From contig CAZCUW010000004.1 of NCBI GenBank assembly GCA_964502035.1, positions 21,171-85,170 of the forward strand: 64,000 nt of DNA, written 5' to 3'. How positions within the stretch are numbered: the first letter of the stretch is position 1; each line of letters opens with the position of its first letter. The DNA comes from an uncultured Sphingopyxis sp. (lineage in GTDB: Bacteria > Pseudomonadota > Alphaproteobacteria > Sphingomonadales > Sphingomonadaceae). The notes below the pieces were generated by a model. It searched no databases. It was not told the DNA's origin and saw only the letters and a list, made by a program, of their open reading frames with translations. Positions 34,995 to 45,273 of the stretch are shown here, one piece after another. A program made the position numbers and the translations under genes.

Positions 34995-35984
34995 ATGACT
35001 GCTCCCATCCGCGAGAATCTCTCGGGCGTTGACCTGCGCGCCGAAATCGAACGCCTGCGCAAGGACCGCAACGCGGTGATCCTGGCGCATTATTACCAAA
35101 AGCCCGAGATTCAGGATCTGGCCGATTTTGTCGGCGATTCGCTTGAGCTGTCGCGCAAGGCCGCCGACACCGACGCCGATGTCATCGCGTTCTGCGGCGT
35201 GAAGTTCATGGCCGAGACGGCAAAGATCCTGAGCCCCGAAAAGATCGTCATCCTGCCCGACATGGACGCCGGGTGCAGCCTGGAGGACAGCTGTCCGCCC
35301 GAACAGTTCAAACGCTTTCGCGAGAAGCATCCCGACCATATCGCGCTGACCTACATCAACTGTTCGGCGGCGGTGAAGGCGCTGAGCGACATCATCGTCA
35401 CTTCGTCGAGCGCCGAGACGATCATCAGCCAGATTCCCGAAAACCAGCCGATCATCTTTGGCCCCGACCGCCATCTGGGCGGCTATCTCAACCGCAAGTT
35501 CGGGCGTGAGATGCTGCTGTGGCCCGGCGTGTGCATCGTCCATGAGGCGTTCAGCGAGACCGAGCTCATCAAGCTCAAGGCGCAGCACCCCGGCGCGCCG
35601 GTCGCGGCGCATCCCGAATGTCCGCCGCACATCGTCGACCATGCCGACTATGTCGGATCGACCAGCGGCATCCTGCAATTTGCGAAATCCTTCCCCGGCG
35701 ACACGCTGATCGTCGCGACCGAACCGCACATCATCCACCAGATGGAACTGGCGATTCCCGAAAAGACCTTCATCGGGGCGCCGGGGGCCGACGGCAACTG
35801 CAACTGCAACATCTGTCCGTATATGGCGCTCAACACGATGGAGAAGCTGTACCTCGCGCTGCGCGACCTGAAACCGCAGATCGAGATGGAAGAAGGGCTG
35901 CGGCTGGCGGCGCGCAAGAGCCTCGACCGGATGCTGGAGATGGCATCGGGGACGATCGGCAAGGGTGATCTGGGAAAGCGTTAG
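34995..35984 (+). CDS. nadA: quinolinate synthase
   Basis: It carries VILAHYYQKPEIQDLADFVGDSLELSR, Cys ligand regions and PECPP. The protein is 329 aa. Confidence 0.95.
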   Translation: MTAPIRENLSGVDLRAEIERLRKDRNAVILAHYYQKPEIQDLADFVGDSLELSRKAADTDADVIAFCGVKFMAETAKILSPEKIVILPDMDAGCSLEDSCPPEQFKRFREKHPDHIALTYINCSAAVKALSDIIVTSSSAETIISQIPENQPIIFGPDRHLGGYLNRKFGREMLLWPGVCIVHEAFSETELIKLKAQHPGAPVAAHPECPPHIVDHADYVGSTSGILQFAKSFPGDTLIVATEPHIIHQMELAIPEKTFIGAPGADGNCNCNICPYMALNTMEKLYLALRDLKPQIEMEEGLRLAARKSLDRMLEMASGTIGKGDLGKR

Positions 35985-35986
35985 AA

Positions 35987-36385
35987 ATGCAGTTTGTCGA
36001 AGCCTTCAAAGTGCTCGGGTACGAACTAGGCAATCAGAGGCAGGATTGGTCGTCAGCGAAAGCCGACGGAATTTGCCTTAGCTTGTGGACCAAGGAGACC
36101 GATTCGGCAGCTTTGGTGATGGATACGCGAGTTCACGCTGGCGACCATTCGCTTTGGGCAGGAAAGGCCGGGAACAAGAAGCGCATTGAACACGCACGCC
36201 GCGCATTGAACGAATTTGATGGATGGGTTGATGTCGTCAAGATCGATGGCGATCCGGGAGTCGGGTATGGCACGGCCTCACCGTGGCTGCTGGCGGAACG
36301 TAAAAATATGCGATGGCGACTCGTGTACCTTGATGACCTCAGCGGTCATCTTCGGCTCGAAGCGCAAGAATGGATAGCCGGGTAG
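35987..36385 (+). CDS. hypothetical protein, lower-GC ORF
   Basis: This is a 132-aa ORF starting 2 nt after the nadA stop, with a GGGAAAG ribosome-binding-like stretch upstream. Its composition is clearly less GC-rich than its neighbours. I recognised no family. Confidence 0.45.
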   Translation: MQFVEAFKVLGYELGNQRQDWSSAKADGICLSLWTKETDSAALVMDTRVHAGDHSLWAGKAGNKKRIEHARRALNEFDGWVDVVKIDGDPGVGYGTASPWLLAERKNMRWRLVYLDDLSGHLRLEAQEWIAG

Positions 36386-37091
36386 GCCGAGTCGCCCGCT
36401 TTCTTATTCGACTCGCGATGAGATTCGCCGCGCGGTCGCGTCGAGATTGAATCCGAAAATGCTGCGTGCTTGTTACAAAAATGCTGCACCGAATCCGCTT
36501 GTTGCTAATACCGGACTTATCCACAGCAGCCGACGTTCGGGAGGGGCATTTGGGCGTTTTTCGGTTGGCGCCCCGAATGCTTCATGTCAGCTTCAAATCA
36601 TCGGACGACAGAGACGAAAAGCCGCCGGGACATCAAGGGTAGTTGCAAGACTAGCCAGAAGAGAACGGACTGGTTTTACGAGGAAATCGACCGATAGCCT
36701 GGTCACGGAACGTAGCGATTCCCACGAGTTGATGCGGACCCGATCGGGTACAGGAAATGCAGTCCATCGATTGGAACGGCGACTGCTTCGGCAGAGACCC
36801 GGAAGAGATGATGAAGGGCTTTCCAGGTGCGGCCGGCCCCCGAAAGGGGGCCGACCAAACCGTCGCCGGATTGTTCCGGCGTGCGTCGCAACGCATCGTT
36901 TTGCGGGCTGCTGATCGCAAGAGAAGCGGACCGGGATGGAGTGAGGCGGAGTACGTGGGGCAAAGCCGGATAGTGGGGGTTGGCAGCGATGTCGGCCCCC
37001 ATTTCGTTTGGCATTTCGTTTGGGTGCAGCGCGCGGCGCCGCCCGGCCCCCCGATTTTCTCCACCCCATTTTCCGAGTTTATTTCCGCATC

Positions 37092-37107
37092 TGTGACGTC
37101 CGTCACA
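37092..37107. promoter_or_regulatory. perfect CRP/FNR-type palindrome TGTGA-N6-TCACA
   Basis: TGTGACGTCCGTCACA was read directly. It lies ~230 nt upstream of the first GlsB/YeaQ/YmgE gene, in an ORF-poor region. Confidence 0.35.
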
Positions 37108-37333
37108 TCGCGGTCAAACAAGGCTGCTTAACCCCGTCGTTGCGACCCGGAGCAGTTCTTGATCTGGAACTGATCCCACTTTCCCGGCCGCGCCCGTTCG
37201 GGCCGGCCGGGAACCTTTCGCTCCCTCTCCGCATTATCTTCGCATCGTTGAAACGATGTCCGGGCGCGACCGGACGTTTGCAAATGCTTCGCCGGGTGTC
37301 GGCGTCTGCCCGGCGGTTCAGGAAGGGATTAAC

Positions 37334-37597
37334 ATGGGTTTGATTATCACTTTGATCGTCGGTGGCATCATCGGTTGGCTGGCGAGCATCGTCATGCGCA
37401 CCGATGCCCAGCAGGGCATCATATTGAATGTCGTGGTCGGCATCGTCGGGGCGTTCCTTGGCAATTTCCTCGGCAGCTTTTTCGGCATGGGGGCCAGCCT
37501 CGACACCTTCAGCCCGATCGGCCTGCTGTGGGCGTTCATCGGTGCGGTGGTGCTGCTCGGCATCATCAACCTGGTTCGCCGCGGCAGCGTTCGCTAA
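37334..37597 (+). CDS. GlsB/YeaQ/YmgE family stress-response membrane protein
   Basis: The 87-aa protein begins MGLIITLIVGGIIGWLASIVMRTDAQQGIILNVVVGIVGAFLG, which is the family signature. An AGGAAGGGA ribosome-binding site precedes the ATG at 37334. Confidence 0.85.
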   Translation: MGLIITLIVGGIIGWLASIVMRTDAQQGIILNVVVGIVGAFLGNFLGSFFGMGASLDTFSPIGLLWAFIGAVVLLGIINLVRRGSVR

Positions 37598-37751
37598 ATA
37601 AAACGGCATGGCGGCGGTGTGGGGTCGCACCGCCGCCATCCTGCCGCGCCTATCCCGCCGTGCCATAGTGCTAGGCGATTTCAAATATCTGGGTTACCAA
37701 AGACAGGCCCGCAATGTCGGGCGACACCAATGATCGTAGGGGGTCAATATC

Positions 37752-38021
37752 ATGGATTTCATTATCGCAATCATCATGGGCGGCGTTATCGGCTGGCTGG
37801 CCAGCATCGTGATGCGTACCGATGCCCAGCAGGGCATTTTCCTGAACATCATCGTTGGCTGTATCGGCTCGATCCTCGGTCGCTTTCTGTTCGGCCAGTT
37901 TCTGGGCGGGGGTCACCTGCGCGGCAACGCCTTTGACCCGATGACCCTGCTCACCGCCTTTATCGGTGCGGTCGTGCTGCTCGCGATCGTCAACCTCGTG
38001 CGGCGCGGTCGCGTTCGCTGA
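37752..38021 (+). CDS. GlsB/YeaQ/YmgE family stress-response membrane protein (tandem paralogue)
   Basis: The 89-aa protein shares GGVIGWLASIVMRTDAQQGIFLNIIVG with the upstream paralogue. Confidence 0.85.
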   Translation: MDFIIAIIMGGVIGWLASIVMRTDAQQGIFLNIIVGCIGSILGRFLFGQFLGGGHLRGNAFDPMTLLTAFIGAVVLLAIVNLVRRGRVR

Positions 38022-38316
38022 AGCGATCGACAAACCGGCCTTTGATCCTTTGGGATTGGCCGGATCAAAGGGTGGCGGGCCGACAGGCGCGCCGCCCTTT
38101 TTCATGTCCGCAACCACTGGAAATCGCGGCGATACCCGCTTATGAACCACGCGCCGGGGGGGCGGAGAGGGTGCAAAGTTTGACCTCTTGCCAGCGGTGG
38201 TTTAATTAGGTAATACACCTCATGCGGGATTTCGGTCCTGTCGTGCGGGTCTGAGGGGGCGAAGCGCTGTCGCGCTTGCCGCATCGGCTGTCGCACCGGG
38301 CAGGAAGGGATTCGGC

Positions 38317-39525
38317 GTGAACTACGAGCGGAAAGTGGATGTGATGGACAGCCTCGCGGGTTCGACCCAGAGCTATTATGAAGAGGCGGACAGCCGCCGC
38401 AAGCGGACGTGGCTGATCATTGCCGTGGTGCTGATCGCATTGGCGCTGGCGGCGACCTGGTACGCGTTCAGTTCCAGCAAGGATGGCGCCGCCGGAGCGG
38501 ATGGCGCGGCGGGCGGCGCAGGCGCCGCAGCCGTCCCCAGCATCACGGTCGTCATCCCCGGTCGTCAGTCGGTCCAGTCAACGATCTCAACCAACGGCAC
38601 GATCGCGGCGCGCCGCGAAATGCCGGTCGGCGTTGCCGGTGAAGGCGGGCAGGTTGTCCGCGTCCTGGTCGAACCCGGCCAGTGGGTCGGTGCCGGACAG
38701 CCGCTCGCGGTCATCGATCGTGCGGTTCAGGCGCAGCAGGCCGCCAGCCTGGCGGCCTCGATCCGCGTTGCGCAGGCCGACGCCGACCTGGCGCAGGCCG
38801 AATTGACCCGCGCCGACGCGCTGGTGGCGCGCGGCTTTATTTCCAAGGCCGACATGGACCGCAAGCGCGCGACCCGTGACGCCGCCAACGCGCGCGTCCG
38901 CGTCGCGCAGGCCCAATATGCCGAAGCGCAGGCGCGCAACGGCCGGCTCAACATCGTCGCGCCCGCGGCGGGCCTGGTGCTGACGCGCGGCGTCGAGCCC
39001 GGCCAGATCGTCGGCGCCGGCAGCGGCGTCCTGTTCCGCATGGCGCGCGGCGGCGAGATGGAATTGCGGGCCCAGATGGCCGAAGCTGATTTGCAGCGGG
39101 TGCGCGTCGGCACCCCTGCGACGATCAGCCCGGTCGGCACCAATTTGCAGATTGCGGGTCAGGTGTGGCAGGTTTCGCCGGTCATCAATCCCGACACGCG
39201 GCAGGGCATGGTCCGCATCGCGGTGCCGTATAGCGCAGCGCTCCGTCCCGGCGGCTTTGCCGATGCGCGGCTGGTGTCAGGGACCGAACAAGCGCCGCTG
39301 CTGCCCGAAAGCGCGGTGCAGAGCGGCCCCGAAGGCAGTTTTGTGCTGATCGTCGATGGCAAGAACATGATCCAGCGCCGTGCGGTCAAGGTCGGCACCA
39401 TAACCGACGAGGGCGTGTCGATCGCCTCGGGCCTCGCCGGCAATGAGCGCGTGGTTGCGCTCGCCGGTGCGTTCCTCAACGTCGGGGACAAGGTGAAGCC
39501 GGTCGTCCAGAAATCGTCGCAATAA
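38317..39525 (+). CDS. RND efflux periplasmic adaptor (membrane fusion protein)
   Basis: It has an N-terminal TM helix, an alpha-hairpin region (AQADADLAQAELTRADALVARGFISKADMD) and lipoyl/beta-barrel-like segments. It lies upstream of an RND permease. The start is a GTG at 38317, with an alternative ATG at 38347. Confidence 0.85.
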   Translation: MNYERKVDVMDSLAGSTQSYYEEADSRRKRTWLIIAVVLIALALAATWYAFSSSKDGAAGADGAAGGAGAAAVPSITVVIPGRQSVQSTISTNGTIAARREMPVGVAGEGGQVVRVLVEPGQWVGAGQPLAVIDRAVQAQQAASLAASIRVAQADADLAQAELTRADALVARGFISKADMDRKRATRDAANARVRVAQAQYAEAQARNGRLNIVAPAAGLVLTRGVEPGQIVGAGSGVLFRMARGGEMELRAQMAEADLQRVRVGTPATISPVGTNLQIAGQVWQVSPVINPDTRQGMVRIAVPYSAALRPGGFADARLVSGTEQAPLLPESAVQSGPEGSFVLIVDGKNMIQRRAVKVGTITDEGVSIASGLAGNERVVALAGAFLNVGDKVKPVVQKSSQ

Positions 39526-39563
39526 CTCTCCTCGGTCGCGTGCGCACAAAAGGCGTTTGAATC

Positions 39564-42500
39564 ATGAGCTTTCGCAACATTTCCGCCTGGTGCATTCGCA
39601 ATCCGGTGCCGCCGATCGTCATGTTCGTGCTGTTGATGCTGGCGGGGATCGTCAGCTTCAACCGAATGGACGTCAACGACAACCCCGACATCGAATTCCC
39701 CGCGGTGCAGGTCATCGTCGTTCAGCCGGGTGCGGCGCCGACCGAACTCGAGACGCAAGTCACCCAGCGTGTCGAGGCGGCGGTGCGCGGCGTCAGCGGC
39801 GTTGACGAAATGTCCTCCTATGTTAGCGAGGGCAGCAGCCGGACGATGGTGCAGTTTGCGATCGGTACGCCGATCGACCGGGCCTATAATGACGTCAATC
39901 AGGCGGTTCAGCAGATCCGCAGCAACCTGCCCGACGGCATCCTTGAACCGCGGGTCGTTCGCGTGGACATCGCCGGCGGCCCGATCACCTATTTTGCGGT
40001 CGAAGCGTCGGACATGACGCTCGAACAATTGTCCTGGTATGTCGACAATACCGTAGCAAAGGAACTGCTGGCGATCCCCGGCATGAGCCAGGTGCGCCGT
40101 TCGGGCGGGGTCGATCGCGAAATTCGCGTCATCCTCGATCCGGCGCGGATGCAAAGCTATGGCCTGACCGCGAGCCAGGTGAACCAGCAGCTGCGGCAGA
40201 CCAACGTCAATGCCGCGGGCGGCCGCACCGAAATCGCGGGGTCCGAACAGGCGGTGCGCGTGCTCGGCAACGCCGCCAACGCGCTCGATCTTGGCGACGC
40301 GCGCCTGTCGATCGGCAACGGCCGCACGGTGCGCCTGTCCGACGTCGCCAAGGTGACCGACGGCTATGCCGAACAGCGCAATCTGGCGAAGATCAAGGGC
40401 CGCCAGGTGCTCAGCTTTTCGATCGAAAAGGCCAAGGGTGCATCCGACGTCACCGTCCATGACGAGACGATGAAGAAACTGGCGGAGATCAAGAAGGCGA
40501 ACCCCAAAGTCGATTTCAAGATCCTGTTCACCCGCACCGAATATACCAAGGAACAATATCGCAGCTCGATGCTGGCGATGATCGAGGGCGCCGTGCTCGC
40601 GGTGGTCGTGGTGTTCCTGTTCCTGCGCGACTGGCGCGCGACGCTGATCAGCGCGCTCGCGATCCCGCTGTCGGCGATCCCGACCTTCTGGTTCATGGAC
40701 ATGATGGGCTTTTCGCTGAACAGCCTGTCGCTGCTCGCGCTCAGCCTGGTCGCGGGGGTGCTGGTCGATGACGCGATCGTCGAGATCGAGAATATCGTCC
40801 GGCACATGCGGATGGGCAAGACCGCCTATCAGGCGTCGATCGACGCCGCCGACGAAATCGGTCTGGCGGTGGTGGCGACGACGATGTCGATCGTCGCGGT
40901 GTTCCTGCCCGTCGCGCTGATGCCCGGCATTTCGGGGCAGTTTTTCGTCCAGTTCGGGATGACCGTCGTTTTCGCGGTGCTCGTCAGCCTGGCGGTCGCG
41001 CGGATGATCACGCCGATGATCGCCGCCTATTTCCTGTCGGCGCAGGGCGAACAGGAACATGCCGCGGGACCGTGGGTCGATCGTTACGAGCGGCTGCTCG
41101 CCTGGACGCTCGACAGCACGAAGCAGCAGGCGGTGCGGGCGCGTTACGACGGCACGTCAACCAAGATTGCCTATCTGGCAGTGCCGCTGGTGCTCGCCGG
41201 TCTCTATGTCCTGTTTTCGATCTTCTCTTATTTTCAGCCCGTTCCCGCCGGGCAGGACGGCCCCAATCCGGCGGTCCATTTCCTGGTGTTGACCCCGGTC
41301 ATGGCGATCGTGACGTTCCTGGCGACCAGCTTGCTCGCCATTCTGGTCGGTGCGCTCGCTTATGTGATGGGTATGCGCCAATGGGCGTTCACCCACTGGG
41401 CCAAGTTCATGATCCAGCGTTTTTGGGCGCGTCTTCACGACCACCGCGTCTGGATCGTTGGTATCGGCCTTCTCGCGTTTCTGTCGAGCATCGGCCTGTT
41501 CATGGTGCTGCCGCAGCAGTTCCAGCCGACGACCAACAGCGATTACAGCCAGGTGCGCTATGAGCTGCCGCCGGGTTCGACGCTGGCGCAGAGCGAGAAT
41601 ATCGTGCGACAGATCGGCGACGTTCTCGATAACAGCCCGGTGGTTCAAACGGCTTTTTACGACGTCAATGTTGGCGGCGGGAATGGCTTCATCACGCTCA
41701 AGAAAGATCGTGAGATTACCAGTGTCGAATGGGAACGCAGCCTGCAACCCAAGCTGGCGGCGATCCCTGATGCGCGGGTGTCGTTTCAAAGCCAGTCGGG
41801 CGGCTTTTCGGGCCGCGACATCACAATGGTCATCGGCGGCGACGATCCGGTCGCGCTGGAAAAACATGCCCGCACGATCGTCGCCCAGATGGGCGGGGTG
41901 AAAGAATTGCGCGCACCGCGGATCGAAGGCGACATTCCGCGCCCCGAAATCATCGTCAATCCGCGCATGGACCTGGCCGCCGAGCTTGGCGTGACGACTG
42001 CGGCGCTCAGCCAGACGATCCGCATCGCGACATTGGGCGACATCGACCAGAACGCGGCGAAATTCTCGCTGTCCGATCGCCAGATTCCGATCCGGGTGCT
42101 GCTGTCCGAAGATTCGCGCCGCAGCCTCGCGACGATCGAGAATCTGCCGGTGCCGACATCGCGCGGGACAACGGTGCCGCTGAAATCGGTCGCCGAGATC
42201 GGGTTTGGCGCGGGGCCGACCGAATTGCGCCGGTATAACCAGACGCGGCGCATCGTCATCGGCGCCGATCTGGCACCGGGCCTTGTCACCGGCGACGCGC
42301 AGAAGAAAATCGATGCGCTGCCCGCGGTCAAGGATATGCCGCAGGGTATCCGCAAGGTCGTCCAGGGCGACGCCAAATGGCAGGCCGAACTGATCAACAA
42401 CTTCCTGATCGCGGTGGTGTCGGGGCTGCTTCTTGTCTTCTCGACATTGGTGCTGCTCTATCGCCGTTTCCTGTCGCCGCTGGTGAATATGTCGTCGCTG

Positions 42501-42980
42501 CTGCTTGCGCCGCTCGGCGGGCTGCTGGGGCTGGCGATCACTGGCATGGAAATATCGATGCCCGTTTACATCGGTCTGCTGATGCTGCTCGGGATCGTTG
42601 CCAAAAACTCGATCCTGCTCGTCGATTTTGCGATCGAGGAAATGGATCATGGCGTCAGCAAGATGGAAGCCTTGCTCGATGCAGGGCGCAAGCGCGCCCA
42701 GCCGATCGTGATGACCACGGTCGCCATGGTCGCGGGCATGGTGCCGACGGCGATCTCGCTGTCGGGCGATGGGGCGTGGCGCGCACCGATGGGTGTCGTC
42801 GTGATCGGCGGGCTGATCCTGTCGACGCTGCTGACGCTGCTCATCGTTCCGGCGGGCTTCAGCCTGGCCGACAGCATGGAAAAGCGCATGGGCCGCTTCT
42901 TCTCGCGCAATCTGCTCACCTATCGGCATGGCGACGACACCAAGCCGCACGGGGAGCCGGCGCCGCAGCCCGCCGAGTGA
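39564..42980 (+). CDS. RND (AcrB/HAE1-like) efflux permease with ~110-aa insertion between TM6 and TM7
   Basis: The 1138-aa protein has an AcrB-like N-terminus ([24 protein letters not shown]) and conserved TM4 region ([13 protein letters not shown]). Extra hydrophobic sequence is encoded at about 41113-41440. Confidence 0.9.
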   Translation: MSFRNISAWCIRNPVPPIVMFVLLMLAGIVSFNRMDVNDNPDIEFPAVQVIVVQPGAAPTELETQVTQRVEAAVRGVSGVDEMSSYVSEGSSRTMVQFAIGTPIDRAYNDVNQAVQQIRSNLPDGILEPRVVRVDIAGGPITYFAVEASDMTLEQLSWYVDNTVAKELLAIPGMSQVRRSGGVDREIRVILDPARMQSYGLTASQVNQQLRQTNVNAAGGRTEIAGSEQAVRVLGNAANALDLGDARLSIGNGRTVRLSDVAKVTDGYAEQRNLAKIKGRQVLSFSIEKAKGASDVTVHDETMKKLAEIKKANPKVDFKILFTRTEYTKEQYRSSMLAMIEGAVLAVVVVFLFLRDWRATLISALAIPLSAIPTFWFMDMMGFSLNSLSLLALSLVAGVLVDDAIVEIENIVRHMRMGKTAYQASIDAADEIGLAVVATTMSIVAVFLPVALMPGISGQFFVQFGMTVVFAVLVSLAVARMITPMIAAYFLSAQGEQEHAAGPWVDRYERLLAWTLDSTKQQAVRARYDGTSTKIAYLAVPLVLAGLYVLFSIFSYFQPVPAGQDGPNPAVHFLVLTPVMAIVTFLATSLLAILVGALAYVMGMRQWAFTHWAKFMIQRFWARLHDHRVWIVGIGLLAFLSSIGLFMVLPQQFQPTTNSDYSQVRYELPPGSTLAQSENIVRQIGDVLDNSPVVQTAFYDVNVGGGNGFITLKKDREITSVEWERSLQPKLAAIPDARVSFQSQSGGFSGRDITMVIGGDDPVALEKHARTIVAQMGGVKELRAPRIEGDIPRPEIIVNPRMDLAAELGVTTAALSQTIRIATLGDIDQNAAKFSLSDRQIPIRVLLSEDSRRSLATIENLPVPTSRGTTVPLKSVAEIGFGAGPTELRRYNQTRRIVIGADLAPGLVTGDAQKKIDALPAVKDMPQGIRKVVQGDAKWQAELINNFLIAVVSGLLLVFSTLVLLYRRFLSPLVNMSSLLLAPLGGLLGLAITGMEISMPVYIGLLMLLGIVAKNSILLVDFAIEEMDHGVSKMEALLDAGRKRAQPIVMTTVAMVAGMVPTAISLSGDGAWRAPMGVVVIGGLILSTLLTLLIVPAGFSLADSMEKRMGRFFSRNLLTYRHGDDTKPHGEPAPQPAE

Positions 42981-43034
42981 CCCGGCGCGGCCAAATGCGC
43001 CGCATCGGTTGCAACTTTTGCGGGGCTTCGCCAT

Positions 43035-44336
43035 TTGATGGTGATGATCGATAATCTTTCGACCCCGGTAACAACCGGACGCGCCCACCCCATCGGGGTG
43101 GGCGTTGCCGTTCCGACCGGCGGACTGAATATCCGCGTCGTCGCGACCGGGATGCTGGTGGTGATGGCGTTCGTGTTCATCACCGCCAAATTTTACCAGG
43201 ACGTCCACCCCGCGGTCGGCTTCATTCGCGCTTTTGCCGAGGCAGCGATGGTCGGCGGGCTGGCCGACTGGTTCGCGGTGACCGCCTTGTTCCGCCACCC
43301 GATGGGCATCCCGATCCCGCACACCGCAATCGTCCCGCGCAACAAGAACCGCATTGGCGATACGCTGGCGCGTTTCCTGCTCACCAACTTCCTCCTGCCG
43401 CGGCTGATCGCGCGCAAGATGCAGACGCTCGATGTGGCGGGCGCGGTCGGCGCATTTCTGTCGCAACCGGCCGAGGGGGGCGGGCGGCTCAAGATCGGCG
43501 CGTCGCGGATCATCGCCGACGCCCTGGGCGCGCTCGACCAGCAGCGGCTGGGCGGCATGGTCAAATCGGCGATCGCCGATCGCCTGCGCGAACTCGATGT
43601 CGCGCCGCTGCTGGGGCAGGCGATGCAGGCGGCGCTGGCCGAGGGACGGCATCAACCGCTTTTGGATGCGATGGTCAAATGGGGGTCGAAGACGCTCGAA
43701 CTCAACGAGCATCTGATCCATCAGATGGTCCACGACAATTCGAACGCGATCGTGCGTTTCACCGGCCTCGACGAAAGCATCTCGAAACGCATCGTCGCCG
43801 GGCTGTCAAAGCTGTTGAGCGAAATGGCGGTCGACGAAACCCACCCGCTGCGCATCCGTGTCGAGGAGGGGCTGGCCAAGATGGCGCTCGACCTGCAACA
43901 CGACCCCGAGGTGCAGGCCAAGGTCGCCAAGGTCCGCGACGAACTGCTGGAAAACAAGGCGGTCAAACGCTGGCTCGACGGTTTGTGGGAGCAGGGCCGC
44001 GGTGCCCTGCTGAAAGCGGCGCGCAATCCCGACACGATGCTGGCGGGACGGATCGGCGAGCTGGTCACGCAATTTGGTGCGATGCTGGGCGAAGATGTCG
44101 CGATCAAGCGCACGCTCAATCGCTATGCGCGCCGCGCCGTCGTCGGCATGGTCGACAGCTATGGCGAAACCGCGCTGAAGCTGGTGTCGGACACGATCCG
44201 CGGCTGGGATGCCAAGACGATCACCGACCGGCTGGAAAATGCGGTCGGCGACGACCTGCAATATATCCGCATCAACGGGACGCTGGTTGGCGGGCTGGTC
44301 GGGGTGTTGATCCACACGGTCGATGTAGTGATCTGA
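43035..44336 (+). CDS. DUF445 domain membrane protein
   Basis: GGLADWFAVTALFRHPMGIPIPHTAIVPRNKNRIG is characteristic of DUF445. The protein is 433 aa. Confidence 0.7.
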   Translation: MMVMIDNLSTPVTTGRAHPIGVGVAVPTGGLNIRVVATGMLVVMAFVFITAKFYQDVHPAVGFIRAFAEAAMVGGLADWFAVTALFRHPMGIPIPHTAIVPRNKNRIGDTLARFLLTNFLLPRLIARKMQTLDVAGAVGAFLSQPAEGGGRLKIGASRIIADALGALDQQRLGGMVKSAIADRLRELDVAPLLGQAMQAALAEGRHQPLLDAMVKWGSKTLELNEHLIHQMVHDNSNAIVRFTGLDESISKRIVAGLSKLLSEMAVDETHPLRIRVEEGLAKMALDLQHDPEVQAKVAKVRDELLENKAVKRWLDGLWEQGRGALLKAARNPDTMLAGRIGELVTQFGAMLGEDVAIKRTLNRYARRAVVGMVDSYGETALKLVSDTIRGWDAKTITDRLENAVGDDLQYIRINGTLVGGLVGVLIHTVDVVI

Positions 44337-44346
44337 CCCAAGGCAT

Positions 44347-44422
44347 CGTCATTGCGAGCGAAGCGAAGCAATCCAGAGTGTGACAAGCCGCTCTGGATTG
44401 CTTCGCTTCGCTCGCAATGACG
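44347..44422. repeat. REP-like palindrome, CGTCATTGCGAGCGAAGCGAAGCAATCCAGAG family (copy 1 of 3)
   Basis: Near-perfect 32-bp inverted arms surround a 12-nt loop. It lies between convergent genes. Confidence 0.85.
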
Positions 44423-44435
44423 GAGGCTGGGGGTT

Positions 44436-45227
44436 TCAGGGGTGGGCCGCCAACCCTTCGCGGAAACTGGGATAGCGCGGCGCCCAGCCCAACAGCCGCT
44501 TGGCCTTGCCATTCGCGACCCGCCGGTTCTCGGCATAGAAGGCGCGCGCCGCGGGCGACAGGCCTGCCTCGTCGAGCGTTTGTAGCGGCGGCAGCGACGC
44601 CCTCAGCATCGCACAACCCCATTCGACCAGCCGGTTCTGGTGGCACGGTTCATCGTCGGCGAGATTATAGACCCCCGCCGGTCCCTTGAACGATGCGATC
44701 ACGCCGCGCGCAATGTCATCGACATGGACGCGGCTGAAGACCTGATCGGGCAGGGCAATCCGGTGCGCGCGGCCTTCGCCGATCCGGTCAAGGATCGAGC
44801 GGCCGGGGCCGTAGATGCCGGGGAGGCGGAAGACCGAGACATCGCCGCGCAGCGCCTGCCACGCCGCATCGGCTGCGTTGCGATCGGCGCGGCGGCCCTT
44901 GATCGGGGCGCTTTCATCGACCCACGCGCCGCCGGTATCGCCATAAACGCCGGTCGAGGACAGATAGCCGGCCCATGCCGCCGGGGCGACAGCGATGGCA
45001 TCGCCATAGCGCGCCAGCACCGGCTCGGCGCCAGCGACCGGCGGCACCGACGAGAGGATATGCGTCGCCGACCGCAGCGCCGCGAGCACCGCGGCTGCGT
45101 CGGCAAAGGCGATGCTGTCGCCGCGCCCGTCCTGCGTCGTCCCGGCGACGTCCCACCCGCGCGCGCGCAGGCGGTCCGCAAGGTGGCTGGCGGCATAGCC
45201 CAGCCCGAAAATCAGCATGTTTCCCAT
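44436..45227 (-). CDS. NAD(P)-binding SDR/epimerase-like protein
   Basis: It has an N-terminal Rossmann motif (MLIFGLGYAASHLADRL). The protein is 263 aa. Confidence 0.65.
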   Translation of the reverse strand: MGNMLIFGLGYAASHLADRLRARGWDVAGTTQDGRGDSIAFADAAAVLAALRSATHILSSVPPVAGAEPVLARYGDAIAVAPAAWAGYLSSTGVYGDTGGAWVDESAPIKGRRADRNAADAAWQALRGDVSVFRLPGIYGPGRSILDRIGEGRAHRIALPDQVFSRVHVDDIARGVIASFKGPAGVYNLADDEPCHQNRLVEWGCAMLRASLPPLQTLDEAGLSPAARAFYAENRRVANGKAKRLLGWAPRYPSFREGLAAHP

Positions 45228-45273
45228 CGCCCGCCTTATTGCGCGCCCCGCGCCCCGCGCCTAGACCCGAAAC

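Noticed and set aside
37211-37250. EcfG-type general-stress promoter (GGAAC-N16/17-CGTT) upstream of the first GlsB-like gene
   Set aside because: GGAAC is present at 37211-37215, but the only CGTT is 31 nt away. At the correct spacing the -10 reads GCATT, so this is not a consensus match.
41157-43733. 858-aa ORF on the minus strand
   Set aside because: It is antisense to the RND permease and the DUF445 gene, both of which have clear family signatures. The translation is Arg/His/Asp-rich with no domain-like segments.
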